Assembly: GCA_040437565.1 (NCBI GenBank)
Contig: JBDOQK010000050.1
Span: forward strand, 186,001-250,000
Reading direction: 5' to 3'
Source: Albugo candida
Lineage: Eukaryota
Length of the DNA stretch: 64,000 nt
How positions within the stretch are numbered: the stretch's first letter is position 1; every line of letters starts with the position of its first letter. This document shows positions 60,813 through 64,000 of the stretch, in pieces. Both the position numbers and the translations under genes were made by a program. Under the pieces are notes generated by a model. It was not told the origin of the DNA and searched no databases. It saw nothing but the letters and a program-made list of their open reading frames with translations.

Positions 60813-63524
60813 CTATGCGATTTTGGTTGTTAAGAAATAAACTAGTAATTTGTCCATTTTTCCGGCACGAATGGCTGATTCCTGCTGAGCTTGCTCTTGT
60901 TCACGAGCGTTTCTTCGTAGCGTCTCCTCCAAAGGTATGATGTCCGACACAACCGGGAGCGGATCACCAGCAAGTGGAATCATGGCTGTATCTTTGTGTG
61001 CAGAAGACGAAGAGGAAGGACCGGTGGTGTTGGATGATGCGTTAGAGTGAGTCGATCGGGTACTAGACGGCACTCTAATATCCTGAAACTCAAGTAAGTC
61101 CACAGAATCGCTCGTATTCGTGACTGTGAAAGTGCTCGTTGACGCAGATGTGACCATTCCGGATGGAATCGAGTACTGTCGATAAGCTCGAGGTCTATAT
61201 TGAGCAACCAAACTTCGACTAAAGACGTACGACAGCTTTTCTGGCGTAAGCATGTTGCTTTGTTGATGTACCAGGACTTCCTTCATGAATGCCAGGATGT
61301 AGATAAAAAGATTGTATCGCAATGGTGGTAGTGCATGTAGCAGTTGACGGCACGTTTGCGCAATATTTCCATGCCCATTAGCGTAAGCGTGTAACAGATG
61401 TTCTTCTCGGATGACATTTCCGTTCAGCGATTGTAGAAATGTAAGGAGAACTTCGGCCATAGAGGGAGCAGTATGTGGTGGAAATGCAGATCCAGTATCC
61501 AACGCTTCCCTCAAAGCTTGTATCTCTACAGGATTCCCCGTCTCAACAAACAGATTTTTTTCGCTCAAAGAAAACTGATACAAATCATCAATCATACGCC
61601 AGAGTTCCTTTGGTATCTGCTGATGGTGGGCATCACAGGTCACTTTCGTCAATTGAGCGCGTCGAATAGGCTCATTATACTGCACAAGCTGCTCAATGGA
61701 GCATCCAAAGCAAGACATTTGATAATCGCCAGAAATGGCGAGAAAGAAGTCGCGGCCATTCTCAACTCGTAGAATTAGCGTGTCCTCCAACGACTCGCTA
61801 CCTTCTGCAAGTTTCTGCGCAGCATCAATATCAACCATCGTATCCATCCGAATCTCTACACTTTCTGTCGGTAGTATCATTCCGTAGCTTGGTGTGACTG
61901 AAATCCAGTTCTTGCAAATTCGAGTATCTTCTAATTTGGGTATGAATCGAAAGTGAGCGACGACATTGCCAATATTTTCGAGAACAAAACGTTTGTGCTG
62001 TGGCACTTGGAATTGAACGTTTGTGAACTGGAATACACCCGTACATTGCACAAGTGAGCGAGAGAGCGTCTTATCCGAGAATGGAGAATCCTCGGCAGCG
62101 TGATGAAGCATCACTACTTTTGGCATGTTTTCGTTCTCCCATCGATCCAGTTGATAGATTATTTCCTTCGTGACGGCTTGTTTCTTTGCTTCTATCTGCT
62201 GTTTGATCTTCACCGTAAAGTGTGCATGCACGGGCTTATGATCCGAAATATCGAGATCCATCATTGCATCATACTTCACATTCTTAACGTGAGTTGGGCA
62301 TTTAGATTTCCATAATACGCGATCACACCACGCGGGTGCTCTTATCTTCTTTTCTGGCCTTCTGTCGTAGCGATTCGTGCCAGCCTGGAACTTGTACGTT
62401 GGTGGAAAATTGATGGAAGCTTCTTCAAAGCCGTAAAATACATTCCCTCGTTTTCTTTCGATTAATAGTTGATCACGAGGTAGTAACCTCTCACAGGACT
62501 GAGAGGATTCGGCCAATTGTAAACACTCTTCTGTCGAGATATCATCAGTGATACGATAATTCAAATCGCCGGCCCAAAAAACAAAATCATGATGAAGAAT
62601 GGATGGTTCCCTTGAGAAGAACTGCGTGGCAGTTTCATTTTTAAAAACAAAGTGCTCATTTTCTTTTTCAAAATCCACTTTAGATAATATGTTGTGGTAG
62701 TCCGCATTTCTGCCAGCAATATTATCGCGATGAGCGGCAAGATGTGAGCAAACAAAACATAAACTGCTGTCATAAAAGCTCATTCGAATGGCAGCACCGC
62801 CTTTGTTACCCATCATTCCCATGATACCGACTCCTGCTGTCGCTCCTGCGACTTCTTTCACATGTTCCCAATGCTCTTTCCTAACAAACACAAGAAGAGA
62901 GATGCCAACCAAATGCTTCTCCAGTACAGGTTTGTACTGATTCTCCGACTCAAACTGAGTGTTGAGTGCATGCAAGATTGTTTCTTCCCAGGCAAGGCTG
63001 CGTTGCACCGAATGATTATTTACCACTACATTGACTGCATTTAGATCCACGATTTCTTGCAGCCCAATTGCGACGATATCCGGAGAAAAAGGCTCGTTTA
63101 TGTGACGACTTCCTCTAACCCACTGCGCAATTTTATGAGCTTCCGTTAAAGCCAAAGGTTTCTTTGCGTTGACATTCCAGGTACCCACGACAACAATGGT
63201 ATCATGAAAACAAGTGTAGGTAGATTCTCGAAGATGTAGCTGCTGTTTGATCCAGTCATCGCGGATGAAAGACATGACCACAGGATTATGATAGCGTCCA
63301 TCCGCTGCAAGAACCGCATCGCCCACGGTAGGAAGAAGAGAATATGAAGACGATGATATAGTTGAAAGGTCTGAATTATCGGAATTTGGAGCAGAAGATG
63401 AGGATTTATGCATTGGATTCCACTCGGTACTTTTCTGTGAGGAGCATCTCACATCCATTACTTCGTTTGTGTTCTGAGATTTTTCCACTCGAATTGAATC
63501 AGTCTCGTCGGATGCAACGTGCAT
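60813..63524 (-). CDS. OCRL: OCRL/INPP5B-type inositol polyphosphate 5-phosphatase with ASH and RhoGAP-like domains
   Basis: GTWNVNAK, GLQEIV, GNKGG, FWAGDLNYRI, PAWCDRVLW, SDHKPV, then AHFRFIPK, LILRVENGRDFF, IPKELWRMID. Confidence 0.93.
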   Translation of the reverse strand: MHVASDETDSIRVEKSQNTNEVMDVRCSSQKSTEWNPMHKSSSSAPNSDNSDLSTISSSSYSLLPTVGDAVLAADGRYHNPVVMSFIRDDWIKQQLHLRESTYTCFHDTIVVVGTWNVNAKKPLALTEAHKIAQWVRGSRHINEPFSPDIVAIGLQEIVDLNAVNVVVNNHSVQRSLAWEETILHALNTQFESENQYKPVLEKHLVGISLLVFVRKEHWEHVKEVAGATAGVGIMGMMGNKGGAAIRMSFYDSSLCFVCSHLAAHRDNIAGRNADYHNILSKVDFEKENEHFVFKNETATQFFSREPSILHHDFVFWAGDLNYRITDDISTEECLQLAESSQSCERLLPRDQLLIERKRGNVFYGFEEASINFPPTYKFQAGTNRYDRRPEKKIRAPAWCDRVLWKSKCPTHVKNVKYDAMMDLDISDHKPVHAHFTVKIKQQIEAKKQAVTKEIIYQLDRWENENMPKVVMLHHAAEDSPFSDKTLSRSLVQCTGVFQFTNVQFQVPQHKRFVLENIGNVVAHFRFIPKLEDTRICKNWISVTPSYGMILPTESVEIRMDTMVDIDAAQKLAEGSESLEDTLILRVENGRDFFLAISGDYQMSCFGCSIEQLVQYNEPIRRAQLTKVTCDAHHQQIPKELWRMIDDLYQFSLSEKNLFVETGNPVEIQALREALDTGSAFPPHTAPSMAEVLLTFLQSLNGNVIREEHLLHAYANGHGNIAQTCRQLLHALPPLRYNLFIYILAFMKEVLVHQQSNMLTPEKLSYVFSRSLVAQYRPRAYRQYSIPSGMVTSASTSTFTVTNTSDSVDLLEFQDIRVPSSTRSTHSNASSNTTGPSSSSSAHKDTAMIPLAGDPLPVVSDIIPLEETLRRNAREQEQAQQESAIRAGKMDKLLVYFLTTKIA

Positions 63525-63869
63525 CTTTTATGATCGAAGGTCGAGCCCGAGAAGCTCGCAAAGAACATAAATTGACCGTTGCGACCGTTACTATTTGATT
63601 GTGAATGAATTCCATACACCGTAATTTCGGCATGTCGAATCAACCGAATTTATGTTAACACGTTAAAATTCAAAGTGTAGTCCAGAAATTCGAAAACTGG
63701 CAAGTGTGCGTTGCAGTTTGCGATAAAATAACAGCTTACAAAACCGAAAACGTATCATTTACACGTCGTATCTCCGCCTACCCGACTACAGTCGATATCG
63801 GTTGAAAGAAGCAAGTACGAGCCGATCTTATAATCAATTCATATCTGATACTCATGTACTCATCGACCT

Positions 63870-64000
63870 TTAAACACCGACCAGCCCGCGTGCAACTTCC
63901 ACCTCTTCGCCTTGTTGTGATGCAAAGTAGTTGAATATCTGCTCAAGAGTTGTCTGCGAAACAGCATACTCACGTATGTGGCACTCATCTTTTCCCTTCT
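63870..64000 (-). CDS. ABCA-subfamily ABC transporter, 3' end only (runs off the window)
   Basis: Minus-strand translation KGKDECHIREYAVSQTTLEQIFNYFASQQGEEVEVARGLVGV*; Y.VSQTTLEQIF is the ABCA C-terminal signature. Confidence 0.85.
   Translation of the reverse strand, partial: KGKDECHIREYAVSQTTLEQIFNYFASQQGEEVEVARGLVGV

Overview
Eukaryotic, compact, gene-dense DNA with short (~45-60 nt) GT-AG introns and oomycete Inr/FPR core promoters. A CCG-motif secreted protein plus flagellar genes (CEP104, centrin) point to an Albugo-like oomycete (inference). About 24 genes are supported: a frameshifted multi-module CCG effector, an MFS sugar transporter, a 6-exon LarE-like sulfurtransferase missed by the ORF track, RPL27, a GT71 mannosyltransferase, a ~4115-aa intronless DUF3638/DUF3645 helicase-like protein with ubiquitin-binding domains, zuotin/DNAJC2, a metallophosphoesterase, CEP104, RTF1, NCBP2, a 3R-Myb factor, centrin, NOC2, an EGF-repeat membrane protein, MRE11, GTPBP1/2, OCRL/INPP5B and the 3' end of an ABCA transporter. 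A gene-sparse island (~34-43.5 kb) holds a tandem family of small secreted proteins (three intact, one pseudogene) with conserved upstream DNA. There are 14 100-N gaps, 12 flanked by near-exact direct duplications; these are assembly artefacts that split or inflate several ORFs. All identifications are by eye from motifs; no searches were run.
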